From assembly GCF_055900595.2 (NCBI RefSeq), contig NZ_CM148325.1: a DNA stretch of 64,000 nucleotides; one strand, written 5' to 3'. Positions 10,570-20,460 of the stretch are shown piece after piece; position 1 is the stretch's first letter, and each line of letters starts with the position of its first letter. Position numbers and translations under genes: made by a program. The notes beneath the pieces were generated by a model. The model was not told where the DNA came from. It ran no database searches and saw only the letters and a list, made by a program, of their open reading frames with translations.

Positions 10570-10959
10570 GTGAAGCAATTTCTTACTGCTATGTTCTTAT
10601 TCATATCTTTTGGGGCTACAGCAGAGTGCTGGGTCGTTGGAGATATGCGCGGAATAAGCTATTCAGAACGAAATAATTTCCATCCGGAAGAAGATGGTTT
10701 TAGTGGAACATTCATCATTAAGACAAACGGTGAAGATGCCAGCATCACATATTCTGGGACAGATGCGGGCGGCATGGCTTACAAAGCATTGTCTAAAAAC
10801 TCCATCATAGGAATCGGCGCGAATGGCGAAACTCAACGCGTTATCGACTCATGGGTAATACATCCTACTGGAACAGTTTTAATGTCAAAAACCATTTCCG
10901 GTTATGGAAATATGGATTCAACCAAAGCTTTTGTTGGAAAAGTAAAAAGAAAATGTTAG
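10570..10959 (+). CDS. Small secreted protein, family A/B paralogue 1
   Basis: GTG start after AAGGAGG; signal peptide MKQFLTAMFLFISFGATA then ECWVVGD...STKAFVGKVKRKC; shares motifs with the ORF at 36750-37154. Confidence 0.6.
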   Translation: MKQFLTAMFLFISFGATAECWVVGDMRGISYSERNNFHPEEDGFSGTFIIKTNGEDASITYSGTDAGGMAYKALSKNSIIGIGANGETQRVIDSWVIHPTGTVLMSKTISGYGNMDSTKAFVGKVKRKC

Positions 10960-10983
10960 CGATTGAATCCAATTTCCCATACG

Positions 10984-12825
10984 TTACTGCTGTGTTGCCT
11001 CAGTAGCAAACAGCGGTCTGATGGCATTCGCAGCGTTATTTATCGCTCTTTCATAGGCTGGTGTTCCTGCTTTGGTGTTTGCCAAACGAAGAAGCATATT
11101 CCTTGCTGCTTTGGACTCATACAAGCGCATCATTGCACCAAAACCAGCCTCAATCCCCATTGATACGCCAAGGGTCGCAGTTGCGCCAATCGTCCTTATC
11201 CTGTTGGCTTGCGATTGCCCCGTCTGAGTTACTACATTTGCGGTGTCTGACCTTGCTGTTTGCTGTAGAACTTCATGAAGAGCATCAAGCTCTTTCATGT
11301 GCTTTCCAGAAAAAATAGTGTTGTAAATTTCACCGCCTGACTGAGATTTCAGCTTATTAACTTCAGTGATGAACTTGGCTGGAGAGTCCCCGGCCTTTTC
11401 CGCTATTTTGCTGACGTAAGCTGCACGCATAGCATCTTTCCCCTTATCATCCAGTGCGCTCCAGATTCGTTTCACGTCAGATGGTTTTCTGCTTAATACA
11501 ACGGTATTTATAAGTTCAGGACTGGCTTCACTGCTTGCCTTGTTGAGCTTGTTGGCAATGTTTTTATTAAGCACCTTATTATAAACGTTTGCATAATCGG
11601 AATTTGCTTTAAGGTATTTTGCTGCGTCTGATGCACCGAGGTTTTTAGCAACTGCGTTACGAAGGTCTTTTGACATTGCATTCTCTACCATATTGGTAGC
11701 TGCTTTTGCCTGGTTGGGGAAGACCATAGCATCTCCCTGAACATTAGATCTAAATGCTGTTCTGTGCTGACGCAAGAGATCAAACGTAACATCCAAATCA
11801 GTTGCAGGGTTTGCTAATTCTTCACGTAGGTTACGCAAGGATGTAAGCAGGCTTTGATTGGCAGACGTCCCAAGCCGTTCCTGTCTTGCGATCGCTGTAT
11901 TCAGAGCATTCATGGTATTTGTGGTATCAACTGCGGCATTACCCATTTTATTGGTGACGTCATTGATAACAGCGCCAGCGGCATCCTTCCGCCCCCTTAA
12001 CGTGGTGGTCAGAGATTTCACCACATCATCAGGGTTGTACTCACCAAAACGGTCAAAATAATTGCTTACCAGCTTACTCCGCGTTGCATATTGCTCTGCT
12101 CGCTTTGAGCCCGTCCCGAGCAAAGCCCCCTCGGCATCCTGAGTAAGGCCGCGAGTGAAAGCATTTTTCGGCGGGATAACATCAGATGTCATTGGTGTCA
12201 CGCCCATCGATTCTGATGTGGCAATTTTCTTCGCCACTTCTGGCGCAATATCACCTTTTATAGCCGTTATTCCACGCCCTATTCCCTTTGCTGCTGCGGA
12301 AAGAACACCCTGAGCGGCAAGGTTAACTCCGGCATTTTTAGCTGCATTTTGTGCGAAATCGCCTTTCTGATTTGCGGCCTCTGCCAGCGATCCAATAGCC
12401 ATGCTTCCTGCCGTTCCAACTCCTGGAACTAAATACCCACCAATTGTTTCACCGGCTTGTGCGTATGGGTCTGTCGGTTTGTCTACTGGACGATAAACAT
12501 CATCCAAAACTTTTGGCCCACCAAGCCCCTGACTGATTGCATTAATCAGACTTGCGCCACCCTGCAATACGTCAAATGGTATGTTTACCAGACCACGACC
12601 AGCCTGTTCTGCAATTTGCCCTGCACTTTGACCACCAGTGAGCCAATCGCCAGCTTGTTGCATCAATGATGGTTCTTCACGTACTGGTGCATTATTGGCC
12701 TGATTAACTGTTTGTTGCTGAACAACCTGACCAGCAAAATAATCATCAATGGCGGCTCCAATATCTTCCGTGCTCGTACCATCAGGGAAGGTAAATGTCT
12801 TACCGTTTGCAGTTACTTTCATCAT
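10984..12825 (-). CDS. Ejection (internal virion) protein, P22 gp16-like by size and position
   Basis: 613 aa, Gly/Ala-rich; last of three co-oriented genes after the tail genes, matching the P22 order 7-20-16. Confidence 0.6.
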   Translation of the reverse strand: MMKVTANGKTFTFPDGTSTEDIGAAIDDYFAGQVVQQQTVNQANNAPVREEPSLMQQAGDWLTGGQSAGQIAEQAGRGLVNIPFDVLQGGASLINAISQGLGGPKVLDDVYRPVDKPTDPYAQAGETIGGYLVPGVGTAGSMAIGSLAEAANQKGDFAQNAAKNAGVNLAAQGVLSAAAKGIGRGITAIKGDIAPEVAKKIATSESMGVTPMTSDVIPPKNAFTRGLTQDAEGALLGTGSKRAEQYATRSKLVSNYFDRFGEYNPDDVVKSLTTTLRGRKDAAGAVINDVTNKMGNAAVDTTNTMNALNTAIARQERLGTSANQSLLTSLRNLREELANPATDLDVTFDLLRQHRTAFRSNVQGDAMVFPNQAKAATNMVENAMSKDLRNAVAKNLGASDAAKYLKANSDYANVYNKVLNKNIANKLNKASSEASPELINTVVLSRKPSDVKRIWSALDDKGKDAMRAAYVSKIAEKAGDSPAKFITEVNKLKSQSGGEIYNTIFSGKHMKELDALHEVLQQTARSDTANVVTQTGQSQANRIRTIGATATLGVSMGIEAGFGAMMRLYESKAARNMLLRLANTKAGTPAYERAINNAANAIRPLFATEATQQ

Positions 12826-14237
12826 TCCACCGTAAATTGAATGCCTGATTTTGAGGTATATGATCCAACCTGATTCCGTGGTTCTCCTGAAGGTGTCGAA
12901 TCTTGTGCTGGCGCTGCGTCAGTATTCATTGACATATACCGCTTAACGGCACTCCCCAATGATTCACCTTTTTTAACATCCAACCCCAATATCTGACCGC
13001 CATTACGCGATTGTCCAGGGTTGCCATTCGCGCTCATCCACTCGGCTTTAAACTCATTAAACTGCGCGTTTCGTCGCTCAAGGTTTGCCATTGCATCAAG
13101 CCATCTTGCTACCGTCTCAGGGTTATCCATGTCAGTTGGAGCACCCTGTCGAACGATCTCAACGTCTTTATCCGTTGCGGGGCCGGGAGGTAGGAATTTA
13201 AGAACCTGACTGTTAACAAGGGCATTTTGGCGGATGCGCAAATCACGCAATGTTGTATCGCTTCCGGTAAGTTTTGCGAACATGTTCTGTGCGTTACCGA
13301 ACAAACCTGTCGTTGGTTTTTCTGCTCTGAACTGTTGAGCAAGCGCACTCATAGAATTGGCTGAGTTTGATGATGCTGTAGCATTGTTTACAGCCGTCTC
13401 GATGCCTTTTTCCATGTTTACTGACAGCTTAGGTGCTTCGCTAATCAACTGCTGAGCCTTTTCCTGTGCTTGCTGCATCTTAAACCCGAACTCTTGCTGA
13501 TCCAGAGCCAAGCGTTGTGCTGCGATATTGTGCCCAGTCATTGCTGACTGATAGGAAAGGTTTTGCCCTCTCGCCTGAAGTGCTTCTCCAGCCTGATTGC
13601 TGCGGATTGTCTCTGCCAGTTTGCCTCGGTCAATTTCACGACCAGCCATCTTGTCCTGAACAGCAAACGCCTTTTCTGGTCCAAGCGCACCGAGAGACAT
13701 AGTAGTCAGCATGTGTGATAGCTGCTCTGGATTCTGGATACCTGTCTGAATCATCCAGTCAGCATTCGCCCCCACGCGATTTAACCTGTCCTTGTTGTCA
13801 GTAATGAATTTACTGTAGGCTTCCGGTCCCTGGGAAAGAGCGACGTTAGCCCTCATGGCTAAATCGCCCATATCGTTGCGTTGCTGCTCATTAAGACCGG
13901 AAAACGCCTGTTGTGCCTGTGCAACAAACGCTGGATTTTCCTGGGCAAACTTAAATAGTCCAGATGGATCACCAGAAGCCCATGCATCAGCGTGAACCTT
14001 ATTGAACGCACTAATAGCTTTCTGTTGCTGTTCCTGATTGTAAATATCAGCAACTCCAGCCAGACCACGTAACGCGGTCAGACCAATGTTATTTGCACCT
14101 GAGCGAGCCAGTTCATTGTTTTCGCGGATCAGACCAAGCGTTGCGTTAATGTCGCTTGCCTTTGGCGCATTCTCATTTTGCGTACCGATGCCAGCCAGAA
14201 AACCACCAGAATTAATACCCTGTTGCCACGTAGCCAT
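12822..14237 (-). CDS. Ejection protein, P22 gp20-like
   Basis: 471 aa (same length as P22 gp20 as I recall), overlapping stop/start with neighbours. Confidence 0.6.
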   Translation of the reverse strand: MATWQQGINSGGFLAGIGTQNENAPKASDINATLGLIRENNELARSGANNIGLTALRGLAGVADIYNQEQQQKAISAFNKVHADAWASGDPSGLFKFAQENPAFVAQAQQAFSGLNEQQRNDMGDLAMRANVALSQGPEAYSKFITDNKDRLNRVGANADWMIQTGIQNPEQLSHMLTTMSLGALGPEKAFAVQDKMAGREIDRGKLAETIRSNQAGEALQARGQNLSYQSAMTGHNIAAQRLALDQQEFGFKMQQAQEKAQQLISEAPKLSVNMEKGIETAVNNATASSNSANSMSALAQQFRAEKPTTGLFGNAQNMFAKLTGSDTTLRDLRIRQNALVNSQVLKFLPPGPATDKDVEIVRQGAPTDMDNPETVARWLDAMANLERRNAQFNEFKAEWMSANGNPGQSRNGGQILGLDVKKGESLGSAVKRYMSMNTDAAPAQDSTPSGEPRNQVGSYTSKSGIQFTVE

Positions 14238-14247
14238 TGATTACCCC

Positions 14248-14940
14248 TTAAAACAACGAGCCAAGCAGACCAAGACCGCCGCCGATCGCAGCCCCCCACG
14301 GAGTTGATGAACCAATTAATTTCGCAAGTCCGGCCCCAGCAATAGCACCAGACGCACCTCCGCCAATAGCAGATTGCATTGCTGATGGTCTGTTGGCATT
14401 TGCCGCTGCAAGAGCCGCACTTTGCTGCGAAATCTGACTCATATTGTTGGCATATGTTTGCCCGGCGTTTGCCTGACCTTGCAGTGCGCCAAGACCAATA
14501 TTTGCCAGATTCTGGTAGTTGTTCATCTGACCAGATAGCCATTGCTGACCAAGCGTTGGTGCGATTGTTGCTAACTGATTACCGGTTGCAGTGGAACCCA
14601 ATCCACCTGTTGCTTCCGCTGCCGCCAGACTCTGATAGCGAGCCTGACCAGCAAGATCTTTGTACTGCTGAGAGTTGTAATACTGGTTAAGTGCCTGACC
14701 TTGCCCTTCCAGAGACGATAAGTTCTCGAGGCTGCCGACATACTTATCAGCCAGAGGAGTAAACGGCTTCAGGTTGTTCATGATGGTGTTGAACTGCTGA
14801 TTTTGCAGGTCTGCGGCATACTTCTGGGCTTCTGCGGCATACTTTGCGCTTTTATCAGAACTGCCACCTTTGCCGCCTTTTTCAGGGCACCAAGGTTCCT
14901 CGCCGCACAGTTTTCTGCCCAGCTTAAATGCATATAACAT
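14248..14940 (-). CDS. Ejection protein, P22 gp7-like
   Basis: 230 aa; Gln/Ala-rich middle and Gly-rich hydrophobic C-terminus; position after the gp14-like gene. Confidence 0.55.
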   Translation of the reverse strand: MLYAFKLGRKLCGEEPWCPEKGGKGGSSDKSAKYAAEAQKYAADLQNQQFNTIMNNLKPFTPLADKYVGSLENLSSLEGQGQALNQYYNSQQYKDLAGQARYQSLAAAEATGGLGSTATGNQLATIAPTLGQQWLSGQMNNYQNLANIGLGALQGQANAGQTYANNMSQISQQSAALAAANANRPSAMQSAIGGGASGAIAGAGLAKLIGSSTPWGAAIGGGLGLLGSLF

Positions 14941-14942
14941 GG

Positions 14943-15398
14943 CTATCTCCCGTGATTCAGGAAGTCGATTAGTTCTTCGCGTGTGGCGCTGTAAAAAGTC
15001 ACGTCATCCACGCCTTTAAAGTATTTCTTGATGGTTCCGACACGCTTAAGGCCAATCATTGCGCAGTAAATCTGCCCGTGGCGGAATTTGCGTGCGGCGA
15101 ACGATGTGACGCACTGAACGGTGGTGTTAGTCAGAATGTATCGCCAGAAAGCCAGCCCGATTTCCTTGCTGAAGCCGCGAATCTCTGGCAGGTACATGGC
15201 GTGGCAATCAAAGGTCAGCGGCTGAATCTCCTGATAGTAAACAATTCCGCCGAACTGCCCGTGCACGTTAACCTCAAAGTAACGGCATTCAGGTTTGTAG
15301 TCGTATCCATCACCGTTGTTGCTCCCGGCGATAATGTCAGGGTGATTTCCTACGGCTTCTATCAGGTCGATGTTTCGCGTTGGTTTGAATGTAATCAT
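14943..15398 (-). CDS. P22 gp14-like protein
   Basis: 151 aa ORF between the tail needle and ejection-protein genes, in the P22 order. Confidence 0.5.
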   Translation of the reverse strand: MITFKPTRNIDLIEAVGNHPDIIAGSNNGDGYDYKPECRYFEVNVHGQFGGIVYYQEIQPLTFDCHAMYLPEIRGFSKEIGLAFWRYILTNTTVQCVTSFAARKFRHGQIYCAMIGLKRVGTIKKYFKGVDDVTFYSATREELIDFLNHGR

Positions 15399-16099
15399 CA
15401 GTCAATCAGCCCATGTAATCTAAGTGCCGTTTCAAGCGCCAGAATACGCTGCCGCGCCTGCTGCAAACCTGTAGCGAGTGCTGCGACTTCGGATTGTGTG
15501 TACGTAGTGCCGACTGTGTATGACTGGTTAGCGTTGAATGAGCCAAGAAGAGGTGTACCTGTGGCTGCAGTCCATCCGGTATTTCTTGCTCCAATAACCT
15601 GAATTCCATCAACTGAATATGATGTTTTTACATCCAGCGGTGACGCAAGAGACTGCGATTCGGTTACGGTTTTCGATACGTAATCACTCTTAATGTCAGA
15701 TACATCGCTTTCTACGCCATCCAGTCTTTGGTCAACAGTGACCAGATGCGCCTGAATATCGATAACCTCATCCAGCAAGTAATCAACATCGCTACGCAGT
15801 ACGACTATCTTCCCTTCGGCGGTTGTTAACCTGACCTCAAGGAGATTTATCGCTTTTGTGTTTGCGGTGATTCTTGAATCGTGATCTGCCAGTTCGACGT
15901 CCTGTTCATCGTTTTTCACCTGAGCATCGTAAGCGCCCTGACCAGCCTGATTTGCCTTCCCGGCAATTGCGCCGACATCAGCCCCCTGATTAATGACATA
16001 CAGCAGGTAAGACTGGCTGAATATATTGCGTGGAAGGATTGATGTATCTAGTCGTGTAGCCTGAACCACAACAGGTGTATTGAGATTCGAATCAGCCAT
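15398..16099 (-). CDS. Tail needle protein (P22 gp26-like)
   Basis: 233 aa; [26 protein letters not shown]-terminus and ...[36 protein letters not shown]-terminus match the P22 gp26 trimeric coiled-coil needle. Confidence 0.85.
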   Translation of the reverse strand: MADSNLNTPVVVQATRLDTSILPRNIFSQSYLLYVINQGADVGAIAGKANQAGQGAYDAQVKNDEQDVELADHDSRITANTKAINLLEVRLTTAEGKIVVLRSDVDYLLDEVIDIQAHLVTVDQRLDGVESDVSDIKSDYVSKTVTESQSLASPLDVKTSYSVDGIQVIGARNTGWTAATGTPLLGSFNANQSYTVGTTYTQSEVAALATGLQQARQRILALETALRLHGLID

Positions 16100-17517
16100 T
16101 ACTCGATCCTTATCTGGCAGCCTGACAGAGTGACAGGTGACTTAGTGATAACACGCAATTTGAAGCCGACATTTTTCCTGATGCGCCCAACTCGCTTCCA
16201 CAAAACGCGTTTGTCGTAAACGAACGGTTCATTCTGCTCAATCATCTGCTCACGCCCGTAATTGATGCCGTCAGTGGTTGCAGAGAGAAAAAGGCGGTCA
16301 GCATACTGCGCAACTCCAGTTGACGATTCAACTTCAAGGTCGAAAACTCTGGCGTTATCCGCTTTGAACAACGGAGTAAACAGCAGGTGTTCCTGCTGCT
16401 TGTCGTACTGACTGCTGATATCGAACTGCAATTTCCCGGTCACCGATTCCAGCTTATCGCCGCACGTTATCTGATTTCCTTCGTAAATGAAGTCGATAGC
16501 GCGGTACACATCGTCATACAAGCCTGTTTTCAGTACACACCATTGCGGACCATTGGCGCTTGAAGATGCGTCGTACACGAGGACGTGACGCGGAAGGTGG
16601 ATAATCAGCAACTCATGAGCATCAAATCTCAGAGACTCCATCACACCATCAGCCAGTTCATCAGCAGTGTAGGAGCGTAGTATTTTCTCAATGCTCGCGC
16701 TGGCGATTGGTGATACCTGACCGGAGCCGATGATGTATACAGATGGCGCACCAGTTGCCGGATTGCTGATGAACGCATACGAATCAGCGAATGGCGTTTT
16801 GCAGTAAGTCCCGGCAATGCCTTTCTGCACCATCAGCGATGGCTGTGCGACATACAAAGCGGCACCAACGGTGGTTGCGCCAGTCAGGGAGAAATATTCA
16901 ATCGTCGATGAACCAAAGCAGACGATGAAGTCTCGCCATGTTCCGATGCCGATGATGCCGTCCGGCTGCGATTCTGCGCGATATTGTGCGCTGTAGCGGT
17001 CAGGATGTGATTCGTCTTCAAGGTCAGTGATAAACCATGAATCAGTGCCGTCTTTTGACCACGCATAACGGCCACGTAAGCGCGTAATGTCGCGGACTGA
17101 GCCTAACTCGTACTGTGTGAATCCGCTGTCTGTAGGCCAGTTTGAGACGGTTTTAACCGTGCCATCATAGCGATACTCGACCAGTTGACCATTAACGCCT
17201 ACCGCCTGTGATGTCCGACCATGCGCCATTGATACACGACCACTTCCGGCGACGTCACCGACTTCGCTTTCGCCTTTGTAGAGCTTGCCGCCACACACAC
17301 GATAAACAGCATTCTGCGCCATGTTGTACTCGACGCCGCGCGATACGCCGTTTACATCAGAGCGTTTGGCAATGCCCGGGAATGAGCGAAGATATCCGCT
17401 GCTGTTCAGGATTTCTTTGGGTGTAGCCAACATATTCACTGGCAGATAGTCGATATAGTCGGCGTTTCGAAAGTCTTTGCCGACACCTTTCATAAGCGGA
17501 AGTTGCTGAATCGGCAT
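16099..17517 (-). CDS. Tail hub protein (P22 gp10-like)
   Basis: 472 aa, same length and position as P22 gp10. Confidence 0.7.
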   Translation of the reverse strand: MPIQQLPLMKGVGKDFRNADYIDYLPVNMLATPKEILNSSGYLRSFPGIAKRSDVNGVSRGVEYNMAQNAVYRVCGGKLYKGESEVGDVAGSGRVSMAHGRTSQAVGVNGQLVEYRYDGTVKTVSNWPTDSGFTQYELGSVRDITRLRGRYAWSKDGTDSWFITDLEDESHPDRYSAQYRAESQPDGIIGIGTWRDFIVCFGSSTIEYFSLTGATTVGAALYVAQPSLMVQKGIAGTYCKTPFADSYAFISNPATGAPSVYIIGSGQVSPIASASIEKILRSYTADELADGVMESLRFDAHELLIIHLPRHVLVYDASSSANGPQWCVLKTGLYDDVYRAIDFIYEGNQITCGDKLESVTGKLQFDISSQYDKQQEHLLFTPLFKADNARVFDLEVESSTGVAQYADRLFLSATTDGINYGREQMIEQNEPFVYDKRVLWKRVGRIRKNVGFKLRVITKSPVTLSGCQIRIE

Positions 17518-17526
17518 TTATTCACC

Positions 17527-17988
17527 TCACGTACTCGGATCATCTTTCTCGATGTAAAACCGATTCCACGTAAACGCGCTTTTGTTACCACTACCGCGAG
17601 GCATGTCATTTCGCCGCTCAAGTGGTGGTATTTTGGTTAAAGCGATACAGATTGTCTGATATGCACTGTCAGCAGCGGTAAGGAGAACGTCTGACGGCTG
17701 AATGACGTTATCCATGCACACTTGCACAGCGAGTTTCAAAGCGACGCCATCATTTGCCCATGCAGGGATACCTGAATCATCGTCAGGTAACGGCATGATG
17801 CCATTTTCTGTATCCGCAAACTGATATCCAAGCTCGATACCTTTCGCCTGCCATGCTGCCATCATGTCTTCGAGGTCATTAATGGCATCTTCAATTGCCT
17901 GAGGGTCGGCATCTGTCAACGTGGCATTGGAATACAGCCCGGCTTTTCGTAAAGCCTTAAGAACGAGATCACCCTTCGTTTTCGCCAT
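17527..17988 (-). CDS. Head-completion / tail adaptor protein (P22 gp4-like)
   Basis: 153 aa immediately downstream of the coat region, in the P22 order 5-4-10-26. Confidence 0.65.
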   Translation of the reverse strand: MAKTKGDLVLKALRKAGLYSNATLTDADPQAIEDAINDLEDMMAAWQAKGIELGYQFADTENGIMPLPDDDSGIPAWANDGVALKLAVQVCMDNVIQPSDVLLTAADSAYQTICIALTKIPPLERRNDMPRGSGNKSAFTWNRFYIEKDDPST

Positions 17989-18196
17989 CTTCTTCCGCCT
18001 TAGCCACTTTTTGCTTCGTTGCGGTTTCTTCAGGAGTTTTTACCCAGCCTTTTTTCAGGTGAGATTTAACTTCTTCGTCATCAACAATGATGTAATCGAC
18101 AGTAAACTGACCACAGGTGATCATGTTGCCCGGCTTATAGAGCATTGTTCGTGCCATTGTCTTCTCCCAATAAAAATGGGGCCGAAGCCCCACCAA
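17969..18196 (-). CDS. Small hypothetical protein between coat and gp4-like genes
   Basis: 75 aa ORF with acidic C-terminus; co-oriented and tightly packed. Confidence 0.35.
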   Translation of the reverse strand: MVGLRPHFYWEKTMARTMLYKPGNMITCGQFTVDYIIVDDEEVKSHLKKGWVKTPEETATKQKVAKAEEDGENEG

Positions 18197-18198
18197 AA

Positions 18199-19458
18199 TT
18201 ACTGCCCGGCAATAACGATGCCCGTATATTCAGGAACAAGTACAGAGCAACCGTACAGAGTGGTGAAACGAGCAGTGGTTACGCCTTTGATGTGGTCGAA
18301 GGCGTAAGACATGATCAGCGTAGCGCCCTGCTCGGTGGTTGCTGTCATTACCTGTGGACCCTGACCAGTCGGGAACGCCAGTTTGCCGTACATCAGCTCA
18401 ACAGAACCATCAGCCCAGAACAGGTTAGCAGGTGCTGCGTTCTTGTTGAGAATGGTGATTGCTGCAGTTTCTGCCGGCTTGGCATCGACGTTTGCATATG
18501 GACGGCTCGCAACATCGGCATTTTCAACAGGGAGAATCTTTGGAGAGATTGTTACGGTGGTTCCTGCTGTGTCTACTGCCAGAACGCGGAATACCTGCGG
18601 CTGCCCGGTGGTATCTTTGGTGATCTGGTGTACGGAATTCACACCTGCGATGGTAAACGCATCGCCAACCTGCAAGCCTTTAGCAGATACCGTAATAGTC
18701 CCCTGTCGGTTATCAACTGGCATACCATTTGAATCTTTCGCTTCAACCTTGTGTTCAGGTTGGCCTGATACTGTCAAGGATTCAGCGCTTCCTTTCGGTA
18801 ATCGACCAGAAATATCGGTCTTGTAGCTATCAAAGGAAGCAACCGGAGGGATCTGCGCTTTTTCGTATGCTGTCAGGGTTGCGCCCTGAGCGTAGGCACG
18901 GTGCCCAAGCTCGCCAGCAAGGTCTTTGTAGTTGAAGGGGTTCCAGAAAGAGCGACGGTTGATACCCTGAGGTACACCAATCGCCGTCATGGTGGCATCA
19001 ATATCTGCCGCACCATTCCACAAGGCAAGGCCCCGTGAGCCATTTTCTGAGGCAGGAATTGCGACCACGTTAGTAGCACGCTGCGTGACCATGGAAATCA
19101 GGTCAGAGTCAATCTGTGCAGCAAGGCGCATACCTGCGGCGCGACCAGCTTCAGTTTTATGTTCCGGGTCACGCATTTCACGCGCATCCAGAGTGTACAG
19201 AATGTTTTTCGGCTCCTTGAACACAGAAGGAACAAGGCGCTGAACCAGTGCTGTTGGCGTTTTGCCGCTGAGGTCTAGGCCTTCCTCAATGTTCATGTGG
19301 TAATGCTGCGGACGATACAGAACATCACCTGCTCGCTGCATTGCTGTATCACCGGGACGGAATTTTTTAGCGTTACGGGAAACTACGCAGGCAGCCTCAA
19401 AGCCTTCAACGTAGTTTTCGAACATGATTTCAAGGTCTTTTGCTAATTGGTTAGCCAT
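18199..19458 (-). CDS. Major capsid (coat) protein, P22 gp5-like
   Basis: 419 aa; follows the scaffold gene; MANQLAKDLEIMFENYVEGFEAACVVSRN. Confidence 0.8.
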   Translation of the reverse strand: MANQLAKDLEIMFENYVEGFEAACVVSRNAKKFRPGDTAMQRAGDVLYRPQHYHMNIEEGLDLSGKTPTALVQRLVPSVFKEPKNILYTLDAREMRDPEHKTEAGRAAGMRLAAQIDSDLISMVTQRATNVVAIPASENGSRGLALWNGAADIDATMTAIGVPQGINRRSFWNPFNYKDLAGELGHRAYAQGATLTAYEKAQIPPVASFDSYKTDISGRLPKGSAESLTVSGQPEHKVEAKDSNGMPVDNRQGTITVSAKGLQVGDAFTIAGVNSVHQITKDTTGQPQVFRVLAVDTAGTTVTISPKILPVENADVASRPYANVDAKPAETAAITILNKNAAPANLFWADGSVELMYGKLAFPTGQGPQVMTATTEQGATLIMSYAFDHIKGVTTARFTTLYGCSVLVPEYTGIVIAGQ

Positions 19459-19476
19459 GCTTAATGCTCCGATAGG

Positions 19477-20370
19477 TTATTTTTTTGCCTTTTTAGCGGC
19501 GAAATACGGCGTCCAGTCACCAGTTTCCAGCGCCTTGGCTTTCAGTTTGTCGAGGTTATTGATTACTGCGCCGTTGCTCCCCTTAACTGTCGGGATTGTG
19601 GCTGCCGTGGTTTTTGCTTTTGGCATGATTCTGGCCTTCGATTCGATACGTTCCAGCAGACGACCAATTGCTACGGGGTTGGTAGCTTCTGCCAGTTGCT
19701 TGCGCAGTTCAGCGTTGCGACCGAGCGCCAGAACAACGATTTCCGGCTTCTCTGACTCAAACAGGATCGCGTTTTGTGTCTCGATGGGGATTTCCTCGAG
19801 TACGGCCTGCTCAGCTTCCTGATAGCCAGGAACTTTGAGAGCCTTAACACGTTGCTGATATTTGGATAATCGCTCTTGATAGGCAGCCTGAAGCTCCTGC
19901 TCCTTCTGCTTGCGAGCCATCTCCTGTTGCTGGTACTTGCCGTTATCCTCTGCCCACTTAGCCATGCGTTGCTGGTAGATTTCTTCATCGAAACCGATGT
20001 CCTCATCATCCAGTTTTGGCATTCGCGGTGGTTGAGTGATTACCGGCTGCTGCTCGACAGATTTCTGAGACTGACGCATCAGCTCTTTCAGCTCGCGATC
20101 TTTCTCTTTAATCGTCTTGCGCAGGTGTTTTACCAGTCCATGCTCTGCGCTATCTTCGCTGGTTGGCGAATCCAGCTTTTCATCACCAAAGTAGAATTCC
20201 TGCTCTGATTCGTCGTCATCAGTTTCAGTAGCTTCCTCTGCATCATTGCCGGAGGACTCACTGCCATCTTCTGTTTCGACTTCTTCAGCCAGTTCGACAT
20301 CATCAGGAATCTGCTCTGACGCGTCGGTTTCGATTTCAACTTCTGGTGTGTTTTCTGCCATCTGGTCCAT
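19477..20370 (-). CDS. Scaffolding protein, P22 gp8-like
   Basis: 297 aa, highly acidic N-terminus, coiled-coil-rich, between portal and coat. Confidence 0.75.
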   Translation of the reverse strand: MDQMAENTPEVEIETDASEQIPDDVELAEEVETEDGSESSGNDAEEATETDDDESEQEFYFGDEKLDSPTSEDSAEHGLVKHLRKTIKEKDRELKELMRQSQKSVEQQPVITQPPRMPKLDDEDIGFDEEIYQQRMAKWAEDNGKYQQQEMARKQKEQELQAAYQERLSKYQQRVKALKVPGYQEAEQAVLEEIPIETQNAILFESEKPEIVVLALGRNAELRKQLAEATNPVAIGRLLERIESKARIMPKAKTTAATIPTVKGSNGAVINNLDKLKAKALETGDWTPYFAAKKAKK

Positions 20371-20460
20371 TTGTTACCCCTGTTTACTCGATGTTCAGCC
20401 CATCGGAAGGCAATAGGGTGCCAGGCCTCATAAAGACAGCCATTGCACGTTATGGGTTAA

